Positions 19,870-35,142 are shown, counted from the stretch's first letter. The stretch: DNA of 64,000 bases from Acidobacteriota bacterium (GCA_965217775.1 CBDCJH010000002.1:3648001-3712000); one strand, 5' to 3'. A program made the numbers and translations. Notes: a model not told the origin generated them from the sequence alone.

Positions 19870-22587
19870 CTATTCGTCCCTGGGAACCTTCGAAAGGGCC
19901 TCGTCGAATGCGCGCGCGTTTGCCGGCCGCTCCGACCGGGGGGCCGATAAGATCGATGCCGCGAACTCGATCACGGCCGCTCCGGCCTTCGACGCTGCGG
20001 TTGGCCCGGCGGCGCCAACAAGACGCCGGCGCCGGATCCGGTCCACCATCTCGTCGATGTCGGGGGCGGCGAACGGATGCCGGCCGGACACCATCTCGTA
20101 CAGAACGACGCACAGAGACCAGACGTCGTCGGCTTCATCGGCCAAGCGGCCGGAGAGCACTTCCGGCGACATGTAGCGCAAGGTGCCCCCTGCGGTCACG
20201 GCATCGTCCGTCTCACGGGTCAGGCCGAAATCCAGCAGTTTGGGCGACCCGTTCGACGTGAAGCCGATATTGCTGGGCTTGATGTCTCCATGCAGGAGTC
20301 CCTTGTCGTGCAGCGTCGCCAGCGCGTCGGCCAGCCGGGCGATGGCGGAAACGGCCTCCAACGGAGGGATCGGACCGTCACGCAATCGATCCTCGAGCGT
20401 GCCGCCGGGAAGGAACTCGACGATGAGGAACGGACGGCCGCGCCAGAACTCGATACCGTAGATCTGAGCGGCTGCCGGATGCGTCACCGTCGCCATGGTC
20501 CGCCCTTCCGGCCTCAGCCTCATCAGGTGGTGGGCCGACCCCCTCCCCAGGGTCTTGATCGCGACGTCTCGGGCCAGTTGCAGGTCACGCGCCAGATAGA
20601 CCGCTCCCATGCCCCCGACACCCAGGCGCCGCGTCAGTCGAAACTTGCCCGCCAGGAGCTTCGGGACCTCCGTCTCTTGGTAAGCGACTCCGCATTCGCA
20701 CTCGGGCGGAGCACCGGCCACCACGACGCATCGGCAGACGGGACACTCCCGCGCCGGCGGCGGCTCCGATGGTCGGGCGTCCGGCGCCTGCAGCAGACGT
20801 AGGCGCGCGACCGCCAACCCGGCGGCGGCCCCGAGCGCCTCGAGAAACGGAAGATCGACGGTGCGCACGATCCGATCGTCGAAACGGCGTCCCACCACGA
20901 GCACGCCGAAGACCTCCGTTCCCGGACCGGGTAGCGGCAGGATCAAGTCGGCGGAAGTCTCGACGACCCACGCCGCATCGGCAGGCGGCAACAGCGGGAA
21001 GACCGCTGTCTTGTCCTCCGGATTGACCCGCAATGGACCGCCGGCCGTCTCCAGCAGGTGGACGATGGCAGAGACGCGCGGCAGGGGAGCGATCCGGGCG
21101 TCCGGCGCGCGGAAATCTTGTGCTTCCGTTGGGGAATCGGTCGCAATCAGCAGGGCAGCCGGCGACCCGCAACCGCGCTTGGCCGTTCGGGTCACCGCCC
21201 GGCTGACCTTGGTCATCCGCCCGGCCTGAGCCAACGCGACCCCCGCGGCGGCCAGTGCCCGCCTCTGGTCCTTGGTCTCGGGGAAGATCCAGGCGTCCAG
21301 GCGAATCAGGATCCGGTCGCGGCCGATGGTCACCAGCAACATGATCCCGGTTGCCGCGAACAGCAACTGCGCCAGCGGATCCGTAGTGACCGCTCCGACC
21401 GTGCGCTCGGGATGACCCGCCACCATCCAGCCCAGGGCCACCGCGGGAACGGCGGCCGCAGCTCCCAACAGGCCCCGGCGCATCAGCACCCGCCTGTAGC
21501 ACGCCCGGACCACCTCTCGCGGGTGGGGCACGCGCACCGCGAGTACGGAATACCAGAGCAGAATCATTCCGGGGAATCGCATCAGAACGACCACCAGAAG
21601 GAGGGGTGACCATCGAAAGTTGGACACCCACATCCCTGGCGAGAACACCTCGGCGACACTGACCGTGACCCAAGCTACTACGTAAATGAGGAACCCGCTG
21701 CTGAACACGACGACGCGTCTCACCTCGTCGGCTGGCGCAGTGTGCGCACGTAACGCAATGACCGCGGCCGCCGCCAGCGCCAACAGAGCAGTGATGGCGA
21801 AGGATCCATCGATGGCCAGAGAAACGGGCGCCTTCGCGTAACCGGCTCGCGCGAACTCCAGCGTCGCCACGTACGTTACCCAGAGGGTTGTGCCGACTGC
21901 CACGCTGACTGGAACCATGTGGCGCGCGAGATCATCGAGCCGGGTTCGCCGATGGATCCGCGGACACTCTCGGGCGAACGCCCAGAGAAACGCAGGGGCG
22001 AAGTGGAACGCGGGCACGTAAAAATAAACGAAACTCCTCGTTAGCGGAGGTAATTCCCGGAGAAACGCGTCGACCATATGCGGTGGCGGGAGTTCTCCGA
22101 GAAACGCCGGCAGCATGTGAAACGGCCCCAGCGTGGCCCTGACCAGGAAAAAGCCTCCGAGCAGCCAAGTTCGCGGTTCCCGAACGCCGCCGAACAGCAG
22201 TAGGAACGCACTCACGCCATGCCCGAGGAACAGCATCACCATGTAAACGGCCACCTCGCCATGCTGGCGGTGGTAGTCGGTCCATTCCCACGGGAGCAGC
22301 ATCAGCGCGACCGCCACCTCGACCGTGGCGATGACCATCAGCGCACGAAATACACGGCCCATGAACGCCCCGGTGCCCGGAACGGGGCCGGTCGCCGGCA
22401 GGGTTGCCGGTGTTTGTCCAGCATGGCGTCGGCTTCTGAAGACACGGGCGATGACGCGCAGGTTCTCAAGCTTCTCGCGGTCGGCAGGCACGGCGAGTTC
22501 CGCACATCGGTCCCATTGGACATCGTGGTCCAGCGTGAGCGCGTCCGCCACATCGGCTATGAGATCGTTACGATCTTTGTCGCTCAT
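19870..22587 (-). CDS. Multi-pass membrane Hanks-type Ser/Thr protein kinase with a GAF-like region
   Basis: Several TM helices, CPVC..CECG knuckle, then GVGGMGAVY, VAIK, HGDIKPSN, DFGL, GTLRYMSPE, DVWSL. Confidence 0.92.
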   Translation of the reverse strand: MSDKDRNDLIADVADALTLDHDVQWDRCAELAVPADREKLENLRVIARVFRSRRHAGQTPATLPATGPVPGTGAFMGRVFRALMVIATVEVAVALMLLPWEWTDYHRQHGEVAVYMVMLFLGHGVSAFLLLFGGVREPRTWLLGGFFLVRATLGPFHMLPAFLGELPPPHMVDAFLRELPPLTRSFVYFYVPAFHFAPAFLWAFARECPRIHRRTRLDDLARHMVPVSVAVGTTLWVTYVATLEFARAGYAKAPVSLAIDGSFAITALLALAAAAVIALRAHTAPADEVRRVVVFSSGFLIYVVAWVTVSVAEVFSPGMWVSNFRWSPLLLVVVLMRFPGMILLWYSVLAVRVPHPREVVRACYRRVLMRRGLLGAAAAVPAVALGWMVAGHPERTVGAVTTDPLAQLLFAATGIMLLVTIGRDRILIRLDAWIFPETKDQRRALAAAGVALAQAGRMTKVSRAVTRTAKRGCGSPAALLIATDSPTEAQDFRAPDARIAPLPRVSAIVHLLETAGGPLRVNPEDKTAVFPLLPPADAAWVVETSADLILPLPGPGTEVFGVLVVGRRFDDRIVRTVDLPFLEALGAAAGLAVARLRLLQAPDARPSEPPPARECPVCRCVVVAGAPPECECGVAYQETEVPKLLAGKFRLTRRLGVGGMGAVYLARDLQLARDVAIKTLGRGSAHHLMRLRPEGRTMATVTHPAAAQIYGIEFWRGRPFLIVEFLPGGTLEDRLRDGPIPPLEAVSAIARLADALATLHDKGLLHGDIKPSNIGFTSNGSPKLLDFGLTRETDDAVTAGGTLRYMSPEVLSGRLADEADDVWSLCVVLYEMVSGRHPFAAPDIDEMVDRIRRRRLVGAAGPTAASKAGAAVIEFAASILSAPRSERPANARAFDEALSKVPRDE

Positions 22588-22693
22588 TACTCGTCCGGGT
22601 TCGCGTCATTGTGCTGTTCGACATCGGCGCTGGCGCAAGATCCGCTGCAATCGGACTCGCCCGGCGTTGACAGCTTGTCTTGTTCAACCTCTT

Positions 22694-22720
22694 ATGACGT
22701 CTGACTGGCAAATTTCGGAC
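22694..22720 (-). promoter_or_regulatory. Candidate ECF promoter GTCCG-N16-CGTCAT upstream of the kinase
   Basis: Minus strand GTCCG aaatttgccagtcaga CGTCAT about 107 nt before the kinase ATG; spacer unrelated to the other two copies. Confidence 0.6.
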
Positions 22721-22954
22721 GGGTGCAGCTCGATTGGCAAGATTTTGGGGATCTCGGTGTGCGGACCGCCAGCACCGGACGGGCACCGGCCTTCCTGTGG
22801 CTATCTGTTGAGCCTGAACGTCGAGAACGATGTCGGAGTGGAAGCTCCCCGCAGTATCGTGGACGAGGAAGTCGCTATCATGGTCCCAGGACTTTCCCCA
22901 TTTTTCTGGGAGTTCGGGAGAACAGGAGAAGCAGGGTTGAGCGAGGATCGCGAC

Positions 22955-23086
22955 GTAGGGGCACCCCTTGTGGGTGCCCGCGGTCGCCCCTTACCGCTCG
23001 GCCCGGGGAGGGCGACCACACACACAAGGGTCGCCTCTACGATAATTTCTTGGATCGAAGACGCCACCCACATGGGGCGCCCCGGC
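22955..23086. repeat. GTAG-type REP-like palindromes (family 1)
   Basis: GTAGGGGCACCCCTTGTGGGTGCCC with inverted partner GGGCGACC..ACAAGGGTCGCCTCTAC; degenerate copies near 23065 and 23887-23912. Confidence 0.7.
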
Positions 23087-23157
23087 GAACAATTCGTGGT
23101 CCGACGAGGGCTCCCCTACGAACAATTCTTCGCCCATTTGCACAACATTATTGGGCG

Positions 23158-23772
23158 TCAGTCTTTCGGCATGACCGTGCTCAGCCGAATCACGGCCCGC
23201 TTCAGGGCCTTGCGCGCCGCGTCCGCGCTAGGCAGGCGTTCGATGGCCGCGAGTTGCTGGTAGTTGTATCCGAGTTCCGCGCGTCCGACGATCAGCCGTC
23301 GATCACGGTCGTTCAGACCCTTGAGTCCATCCCGGTAGCGTTTCCACATCTCTTTGTTCAGCAACTGTTGATGCTGTGGAGACGCATCCTCAAAGGGACG
23401 AAGGGGTTCCTGCGGCGGCGTGAAACGGCCGGCGTCCAGACGTCGAGTGGCGCGTCGCAACTCGTCCTGGACGCGGTTCTCCACGGCGCGCCGCAGATAG
23501 CCCCGCAAGGCGGTCATGTGCTTCGACTCGAACCAGTTGAGCCGCGCGAAGGTGTGATGCAGGACGTCTTGCGCCAGGTCGCTCGTGGTGATCCCGTTGC
23601 GGGCCCACTGCGGCAGCCGGCCCCGCGCGCGTCTCCGCACCCAGGGCGCATACCGTCTGAACAGCGCCTCTATCGCTGATGCTCTCCCCCGTCTCACCCG
23701 TTCCAGAAGACGTTGCTCGGAACCGCCGCTTTGCGAATCGCTTTCGCTCGACCGCTTCGACGGTGGGGACAT
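23158..23772 (-). CDS. ECF-family RNA polymerase sigma factor
   Basis: Region 2 ALFRRY..TTSDLAQDV..YLRRAVENRVQDELRR; region 4 LKGLNDRDRRLI..LGYNYQQLA..ARKALKRA. Confidence 0.9.
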   Translation of the reverse strand: MSPPSKRSSESDSQSGGSEQRLLERVRRGRASAIEALFRRYAPWVRRRARGRLPQWARNGITTSDLAQDVLHHTFARLNWFESKHMTALRGYLRRAVENRVQDELRRATRRLDAGRFTPPQEPLRPFEDASPQHQQLLNKEMWKRYRDGLKGLNDRDRRLIVGRAELGYNYQQLAAIERLPSADAARKALKRAVIRLSTVMPKD

Positions 23773-24109
23773 TTGGTCCGTTATCCTAATCCGGCATAGC
23801 CGGAACCAAAAATTCTTCGCCGGAGCGGCGCCTTGCCGGCTGCCGACTCTTCGTCTGGGCCAGTCTTGCCCCGCTTTGGAACGAAGAGGGCGCCCACAAG
23901 GGGCGCCCCGACGGAAAATTCTTTTTTCATTTGCACAAGACTCTGGGAGTAAGAAAGTAACCGGTGCGGATCGTTCCGGAACGCCCCGCCGCCAGAATCT
24001 GTCCTCGCCACAATCACTCGATTTCTCCGGACAGGCACGCCGCTGCGCGGCCGGCGCCTCGTCCTCAGATGTCCAAACCTGCTGGCTTCGACAGATCCGA
24101 GTCCGGTAT

Positions 24110-25591
24110 TCATGGCAGGCGGGTCGAGCCCATGAGGAAGCGGTCGCACTCCCGGGCGGCTTCCCGGCCTTCGCGGATGGCCCAGACCACCAGGCTCTGC
24201 CCCCGCCGGACGTCGCCGGCGGCGAAGAAGCCCGGCACGCTGGTGACGTAGTCGCCGAAGTCCGCCTTGATATTGGAACGGGGGTCCCGTTCCAGCCCCA
24301 GTTGATCGGGGAGCCGGTCCTCGGGGCCCAGGAACCCCATGGCCAGCAGGAGCAGTTGGGCCGGCCACACCCGCTCCGTTCCCGGGATCCGTTCGAACGA
24401 CGGGCTCCCTCCGTTCCGCGACCACCGGATCCCCACGGTGTGGACCTGCTGCAGACGGCCCGAGGTGTCGCCCTCCATCCTGACGGTCATGATGGCGAAA
24501 CGGCGGGGGTCCGCTCCGAAGCGGGCGGCGGCCTCCTCCTGTCCGTACTCCATGCGGTAGATCCGGGGCCACTGGGGCCAGGGGTTGTCCGGGGCCCGAC
24601 TGTCAGGCGGCCGGGGAAGGATCTCGAACTGGACCAGGCTGCGGCAGCCGTGGCGAAGGGCAGTCCCGACACAATCGGTTCCCGTGTCTCCGCCTCCGAT
24701 GACGATGACGTCCTTGTCCCGGGCCGAAATGTATCGTCCGTCCTCGAGATTGCTGTCCAGCAGGCTCTTGGTGTTGGCGTGCAGATAGTCCATGGCGAAG
24801 TGGACGCCGTCCAGGTGCCGCCCCTCCACCGGCAGGTCTCTGGGCTTGGTGGCGCCGCAACAGAGGACGGCCGCGTCGTAATCGTCTCTCAGCCGGGAGG
24901 CGGAGTAGTTTCCGCCCACGTCCATCCCGGTGAGAAAACGGACCCCCTCCGCCGCCAGGAGCTCGACCCGGCGCCACACCACCTCCTTGTCCAGCTTCAT
25001 GGCCGGGATGCCGTAGGTCAGGAGCCCTCCGATTCGATCCGCCCGCTCCAGGACGGTGACCTCGTGCCCAGCCTGGTTCAACTGGTCCGCACAGGCCAGG
25101 CCCGCCGGTCCCGACCCCACGACGGCGACCTTCTTCCCGGTGCGGCGGGAAGGTGGCCGGGGAACGATCCAACCCTCCTCGAATCCCCGGTCGACGATCG
25201 AGCACTCGATGCTCTTGATGGTGACCGGCGGCTCGATGATGCCCAGGACGCAGGAGCCCTCGCACGGCGCGGGACAGACCCGTCCCGTGAACTCGGGGAA
25301 GTTGTTGGTTTTGTGGAGACGTTCCAGGGCCTCTCGCCAGAGTCCCCGGTAGACCAGATCGTTCCACTCCGGGATCAGGTTGTGGATGGGGCAGCCGGTG
25401 GCCATCCCGGCCATCACCTCACCCGTGTGGCAGAAGGGGACGCCGCAGTCCATGCAGCGGGCTCCCTGGCGCTGCAGCGAGGAATCGGGGAGATGTTGGT
25501 GGAACTCGCCCCAGGTTCCGATCCGCTCGCCGGGAGTCAGGACCGGAAGCGACTCCCGCTCGTATTCCATGAAGCCGGTGGGCTTACCCAT
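24110..25591 (-). CDS. gltD: Glutamate synthase small subunit
   Basis: [57 protein letters not shown]. Confidence 0.97.
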   Translation of the reverse strand: MGKPTGFMEYERESLPVLTPGERIGTWGEFHQHLPDSSLQRQGARCMDCGVPFCHTGEVMAGMATGCPIHNLIPEWNDLVYRGLWREALERLHKTNNFPEFTGRVCPAPCEGSCVLGIIEPPVTIKSIECSIVDRGFEEGWIVPRPPSRRTGKKVAVVGSGPAGLACADQLNQAGHEVTVLERADRIGGLLTYGIPAMKLDKEVVWRRVELLAAEGVRFLTGMDVGGNYSASRLRDDYDAAVLCCGATKPRDLPVEGRHLDGVHFAMDYLHANTKSLLDSNLEDGRYISARDKDVIVIGGGDTGTDCVGTALRHGCRSLVQFEILPRPPDSRAPDNPWPQWPRIYRMEYGQEEAAARFGADPRRFAIMTVRMEGDTSGRLQQVHTVGIRWSRNGGSPSFERIPGTERVWPAQLLLLAMGFLGPEDRLPDQLGLERDPRSNIKADFGDYVTSVPGFFAAGDVRRGQSLVVWAIREGREAARECDRFLMGSTRLP

Positions 25592-25635
25592 CTGGCGCTC
25601 TATTCATACTCTCCGGCAGACGTCTCTGATCTGTC

Positions 25636-30230
<4,595 letters not shown>

Positions 30231-30234
<4 letters not shown>

Positions 30235-31229
30235 GATGCCCTCCCCGGCTGGACACCGGCGCCGCCGGTCCGGGCGTTGCCGCCCCGACCCAACGCGGGC
30301 AGGTTGTTGCCGCCGGTCAGCTTCGGGGAGCGGACCTTGCCATTCTGGTTCCCCGAATTTTTCAACAGGTCCATGAACCGGTGGGCCGCCAGGCTCAGCC
30401 GCGCGTGGCGCCGAATGATGACTCCCAGGGGCCGGACCATGCCCGGCTCGGCCAGAGGCACCGCCGCGAGGGCCCCGGACCGGACTTCCCGCATCAGGGT
30501 GGGCTGGGGCAGGAGGGCCACGCCGGCCCCGACCTCCACGGCCTCCTTGATGTTTTCAATGTTGTCGAACTCCAGGACGACATTCACGCTGACGCCCTGC
30601 TCCCGCAGGAAACGGTCGACCTCGCGCCGGATCACCAGGCCTTTCTCGAAGCCGATGTAACTTTCCTTGGCGAGGTCCTTGGCGTGAACGATGGAGCGGT
30701 TGGCCAAACCGTGTCCGGGAGGACAGACCAGCACCATGGGTTCGTCTCTCCAGGGACGAGTCGTGAGCTCCCGCGTGTTCCTGGGAAACGAAACCAGCCC
30801 CAGATCCGCCGTCCCCTCCACAACCCTCCGATAAACTCGATCCGGGTGCAGATAGTCGATGCGAACCTCCGCGTTCCGGTAGCTCCGGCGGATCCTGTCC
30901 ACGTACTGGCTCATGTCCCTGAGCCCGACGGAGTAGATGGCTGCCACCTGAACCGTGACCTCCATCCGCTCCCCCTCCTGGCGAATGGAAGCCTCGAGCT
31001 CCGTGTACTCGTTCAGCATCTTCTTGCATCCCCGGTAGTAGATCTTCCCCAGCTCCGTGGTCTGAAGAGGCCGGGTCGAACGGTCGATCAGGCTGAGGCC
31101 CAGTTTCCTCTCCAGTTGCAACATGGCCTGGCTGGCGGCGGACTGGGAAAGTCCATTGAGGCGGGCAGCCTGAGAGAAGCTGCGAAGGCGCACGACGTCA
31201 CAAAACATCTTCAGGGACTCTATTCGCAT
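30231..31229 (-). CDS. LysR-family transcriptional regulator, coupled to gltB
   Basis: [32 protein letters not shown]; stop overlaps gltB start (GTGA). Confidence 0.93.
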
Positions 31230-31497
31230 CGCGGAAGTATACACTTTTCTAATACGGCGGCAACATAGTATAAGATTAAATAATATTGATCCGGACTCCC
31301 CCCTGTTTTTCGGAGAGGTGGAGGGAAATGATTTTCCGGGAGCCGCCCGGTTTACCGGGATGCCTCTCGCGCGTATCATCTTGCCGGTTGAGACAGAGAC
31401 CGGCTACGGTGGGTCACTGAGCCACGGCGGCCAGGACCGACGAGCCCCCAGGCCCGGGGCGATTTCTCGCCGCCGGCTGTTGAGAGGAGATCCGATA

Positions 31498-32391
31498 GTG
31501 AATCAATTTCACGGCGTTTATCCAGCGCTGGTCACTCCCGTGGACGACCGCGGCAACATCCGGACGGGAGCCCTCAGAGACCTGATGGAGTGGCACCTGG
31601 AGGTGGGGGTCGACGGGTTCTACATCGCCGGCGGCACCGGGGAAGGCCTGTTGTTGACCCAGGATCAACGCCGGGCGCTCACCGAAGCGACCGTCCGAGC
31701 GGCTGACGGAAGGGTTCCCATCATCGTCCACGTGGGACACGTCTCCACCCGGGCGGCCGTCGACCTGGCCCGTCACGCCGCTTCGGAGGGCGCCGACGCC
31801 GTCAGCGCCATCCCGCCCATCTATTACGGTACGGACCCGGCATCCATCGTGGGGCACTACACGGCCATCGCCTCGGCCACACCGTTGCCCCTCATCGTCT
31901 ACCACATTCCCGCGGCCACCCACTCCCGGATGACCGTGGGCCTGATGACCGAACTGCTCCGGTTGCCGACCGTCAAGGGGATCAAGTTCAGCGACTACAA
32001 CCACTTCCTGATGCGGCAGATCGGCCTGCTGGGATCGGACCTGTTGGTCTATTCGGGAAATGACGAAGTCTTCCTGTCCGGCCTGGTCATGGGGGCCAAA
32101 GGAGGCATCGGTCTGACTTACAACTTCATGCCCCAGCTCTTCGTCGGAATCTACCAGGCCTTCCACGCCGGCGACCTGGCGCGGGCCCGGGAACTGCAAT
32201 GGAAAGCCTGCGCCATGATCGACGTCCTGCTGGGAATCAGCGGGTCCCCACTTTCCGCGGCCAAGGTTCTGCTGCGGCACCTGGGATTCGAGGTGGGAGA
32301 AGTTCGGCGGCCGATTCGCCCGTTGACCCGTCAGGATACGGAACTGGTGGTGGGCCGGATGTCTGAACTGGGGCTGGACCGGCGGAGCTGA
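31498..32391 (+). CDS. DapA/NanA-family class I aldolase/lyase
   Basis: GVYPALVTP, GGTGEG, YHIP, GIKFS Schiff-base lysine; GTG after AGGAGA. Confidence 0.9.
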   Translation: MNQFHGVYPALVTPVDDRGNIRTGALRDLMEWHLEVGVDGFYIAGGTGEGLLLTQDQRRALTEATVRAADGRVPIIVHVGHVSTRAAVDLARHAASEGADAVSAIPPIYYGTDPASIVGHYTAIASATPLPLIVYHIPAATHSRMTVGLMTELLRLPTVKGIKFSDYNHFLMRQIGLLGSDLLVYSGNDEVFLSGLVMGAKGGIGLTYNFMPQLFVGIYQAFHAGDLARARELQWKACAMIDVLLGISGSPLSAAKVLLRHLGFEVGEVRRPIRPLTRQDTELVVGRMSELGLDRRS

Positions 32392-32437
32392 CGGCCGGCG
32401 GCGGCTTCCGCGAAGTTCGACTGCATTGCGCCCCGGG

Positions 32438-33373
32438 TCAAGGCTCCTGCTGGAGCCGTTCTTCGATCTGGCTCACGCGGATCACGCCGTGCTCGGCGTC
32501 GTAGGGGAGTCCGCGGGTGGCGGCCACCCGGTCGATGAAGCTCAGGCCCAACGGACCCGCATAGATCTCGGGAGTGCTGAAAGCCGGGTCCTCCAGGGCT
32601 TCCGCCATGGAGATGAAGGAATATCCCCGTTCCTGGAGCATCCGGATCGTGTCCTCCAGGAAACTGGCGGTGGCGATGGCGCAATGGAGCCAGAGAATGT
32701 GGGGGATGTTCCGGCCGAACACCGCCTGGGACTGGGCCTCGCCGTAGTCGACCGCCTCGCCCACATGCGCCAGGTAGATGGCCTTGAGCCTTTCCCGGAC
32801 GGGGTCGTCGTTCTCGACGTCGAGAAAGATCCGGTTGAACCGGCGGTCTCCGGTCTTGATGGTGACCCGGGCAATCTCGTAACTGGCCCGGTAGAGCGCC
32901 TTGGCCACCCGCTTCTTCTTCTTTTCGTTATCCCCTTGGTGGAGGTAGGGGAACCGCAGATAGCGGAATTTGAATCCTCTCCGGGATCTGGCCAGCAGCT
33001 TCAGATACTTCTGGCCGTCGCTCACGTGCTCCAGAAACTCCCTGGCCTTCAACTGGTGAAGATCGACGTGGGCGAAGGTGTGGTTGCCCACGATGTGCCC
33101 CGCGTCCGCCCAGTCCTCCAGCACGACGAAGGTGGCCAAGTCTTCCTGAATGCGCTCCTCCACCACGAAACCGGCCGCAGGAATGTCCTGCCGCTTCAGA
33201 GTGCGCAGGATCATGTTGCTGATTTCCCGGGGCCGCCAGTAGCCCACGGGTCCCAAGACCGGGAGATCGTCGAAGGTCAGAGCGATTTTTCGGTCCGGCT
33301 CGGCAAGTCCGGGAACCGGTAGAAGAAAGATAAGAAGGAGCGGCAAGCCGATTCGCCGGCCGAGTTGCCTCAT
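32438..33373 (-). CDS. Secreted polysaccharide deacetylase (NodB/CE4)
   Basis: Signal peptide, ALTFDDLP, GNHTFAH, RFPYL, IL.LH. Confidence 0.9.
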   Translation of the reverse strand: MRQLGRRIGLPLLLIFLLPVPGLAEPDRKIALTFDDLPVLGPVGYWRPREISNMILRTLKRQDIPAAGFVVEERIQEDLATFVVLEDWADAGHIVGNHTFAHVDLHQLKAREFLEHVSDGQKYLKLLARSRRGFKFRYLRFPYLHQGDNEKKKKRVAKALYRASYEIARVTIKTGDRRFNRIFLDVENDDPVRERLKAIYLAHVGEAVDYGEAQSQAVFGRNIPHILWLHCAIATASFLEDTIRMLQERGYSFISMAEALEDPAFSTPEIYAGPLGLSFIDRVAATRGLPYDAEHGVIRVSQIEERLQQEP

Positions 33374-33397
33374 TTTCCTTTTCCTCCAATCCGGAGG

Positions 33398-34369
33398 TCA
33401 GGAAGTCAGAAGAAGAACCTTGCCTGTGGTCTTCCGTCCCTCCAGCGCCCGATGCGCCGCCTCGGCCTCCGCCAGCGGGTAGGTCGAACCGATGCGCACC
33501 TTCAGATCTCCTTCAGAGTACCACTGGAACAGGTCATCGGCGCGACCCATCAGCTCTTCCCGGGTGAGGGCGTAGTGATTCAGGCTGGGACGCGTCAGGA
33601 AGAGGGACCCCTTCTGGTTCAGGATCTGGGGATCGAAGGAGTCCACAGGCCCACTGGACTGGCCGAAGAGGACCAGGTAGCCCCTGGGCCGCAGGCAGTT
33701 CAGGCTCCTTTCGAAGGTCGTCTTGGCCACCGAGTCGTAGACCACGTTCACTCCGGCCCCGCCGGTCAGGCGGTCCACCTCGACCTGGAAATCCTGCTCC
33801 GTATAGAGGATGGCATGGTCGGCGCCCGCCTGGCGGGCCAGTTCCGCTTTGGCCTCGGTCGAGACCGTCCCGATGACGGAGGCCCCCAGGCGTTTGGCGA
33901 TCTGCACCAGTAGAAGACCGACTCCGCCGGCCGCCGCATGGACCAGAGCCGTGTCGCCCTCGCCCAAGGGGTAGGACCCGTGGGCCAGGTAGTGGGCCGT
34001 GAGACCCTGCACCATGAGGGTGGCCGCGGCCGAAGTGTCCATTTCGTCGGGGAGGACGATCAGTTTCGACGCGTCCACCGCCGCTCGTTGAGCGTAGGAG
34101 CCCAGGGTCATGGCGTAGGAGACCCGATCGCCGGCGCGAATCCCTTCCACCTGAGCACCCACTTCAAGAACGATTCCGGCGCCTTCCACCCCCGGAGTGA
34201 AGGGCACGGGAACCGGATAGTAACCGTACCGATGGTAGGTATCGATGTAGTTGACCCCGGCGACTTCGATCTCCACCAGGGCCTGGGCCGGACCGATCGC
34301 CGGCTCCGGCGTCTCCTCGTACCGGAGGACTTCGGGACCCCCGTTTTCGTTCACACGGATAGCTTTCAT
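33398..34369 (-). CDS. qor: NADPH:quinone oxidoreductase (MDR family)
   Basis: GGPEVL, GVNYID, HAAAGGVG, YDSV, KGSLFLTRPSL, TTGKVLL. Confidence 0.9.
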   Translation of the reverse strand: MKAIRVNENGGPEVLRYEETPEPAIGPAQALVEIEVAGVNYIDTYHRYGYYPVPVPFTPGVEGAGIVLEVGAQVEGIRAGDRVSYAMTLGSYAQRAAVDASKLIVLPDEMDTSAAATLMVQGLTAHYLAHGSYPLGEGDTALVHAAAGGVGLLLVQIAKRLGASVIGTVSTEAKAELARQAGADHAILYTEQDFQVEVDRLTGGAGVNVVYDSVAKTTFERSLNCLRPRGYLVLFGQSSGPVDSFDPQILNQKGSLFLTRPSLNHYALTREELMGRADDLFQWYSEGDLKVRIGSTYPLAEAEAAHRALEGRKTTGKVLLLTS

Positions 34370-34608
34370 AGGCTGATTCCCAGTCAACGGCCCGGATTCC
34401 CATGCTCCACCGAGGTCCCCCTCCGGGCGATCCGGGCTTTAGTGTAAGCGGGAGTATAGCTTCCGGAGAGAAGTGAGGGAAGACGTGGAGTGAGTAACTC
34501 GGGGCAGGCCACGGGGAAAACCGAGGGGGTTGAACCAACCCCGTTTTCCCAAAAACTCCCTCTCCCCTCTTTCCTCTTTCCTCATTCCTCTTTTCTCTTC
34601 TTGGTGTT

Positions 34609-35142
34609 ATGATGCCGAAAAATAAGGTTCGTCAAGTGACTGAAATGAAGGGGATAAAGATGCCAAGAGTGGCCCTGTTCGTTTTGTTGGTCATGTTTCT
34701 GACATTTCCGGCCCTGGGCCAGGATCGCGTCGAAATGACGTCTCCGGTCATCAGGACGACGGTCGAAGACATCATCCTCTCCGTCGACCTCACCGATTTC
34801 TCGGCCGGGAACTCCTACCGGCTCGGATTCGGCACCGCGAAAGGCCAGATCAAGGCCCGTTTGCAATTGGTCAAGGGCACGGAAGACGTGCCCTTCCCGA
34901 AGATGGATTTCGTCCAGGGACACACCAGCACTTGGTGGCAGGTGCCGCAGATCTCCGCCCGCGGCTGGAGCCTGGAGGGAGCCAACCTGCCCAAGGCAGG
35001 CGAACGGCTCACCTTCAGGGTGTTGATCTCCCGCGCCGACGCCAAGGAAATCACCAAGATCTACCTTCTCATCTCACGCAGCTACGGTCCCGATCTCTGG
35101 TACCTGGAAGACGGTGTGGAGATGGATCAATCCATGTGGTGA
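34609..35142 (+). CDS. Hypothetical secreted protein
   Basis: Signal peptide MPRVALFVLLVMFLTFPALG (true start probably 34660); fills the gap between qor and the ligase. Confidence 0.7.
   Translation: MMPKNKVRQVTEMKGIKMPRVALFVLLVMFLTFPALGQDRVEMTSPVIRTTVEDIILSVDLTDFSAGNSYRLGFGTAKGQIKARLQLVKGTEDVPFPKMDFVQGHTSTWWQVPQISARGWSLEGANLPKAGERLTFRVLISRADAKEITKIYLLISRSYGPDLWYLEDGVEMDQSMW

Noticed and set aside
34440-34605. Purine/pyrimidine-skewed intergenic region with a hairpin, possible ncRNA
   Set aside because: No recognisable tRNA or riboswitch motif; explicable as a divergent promoter region
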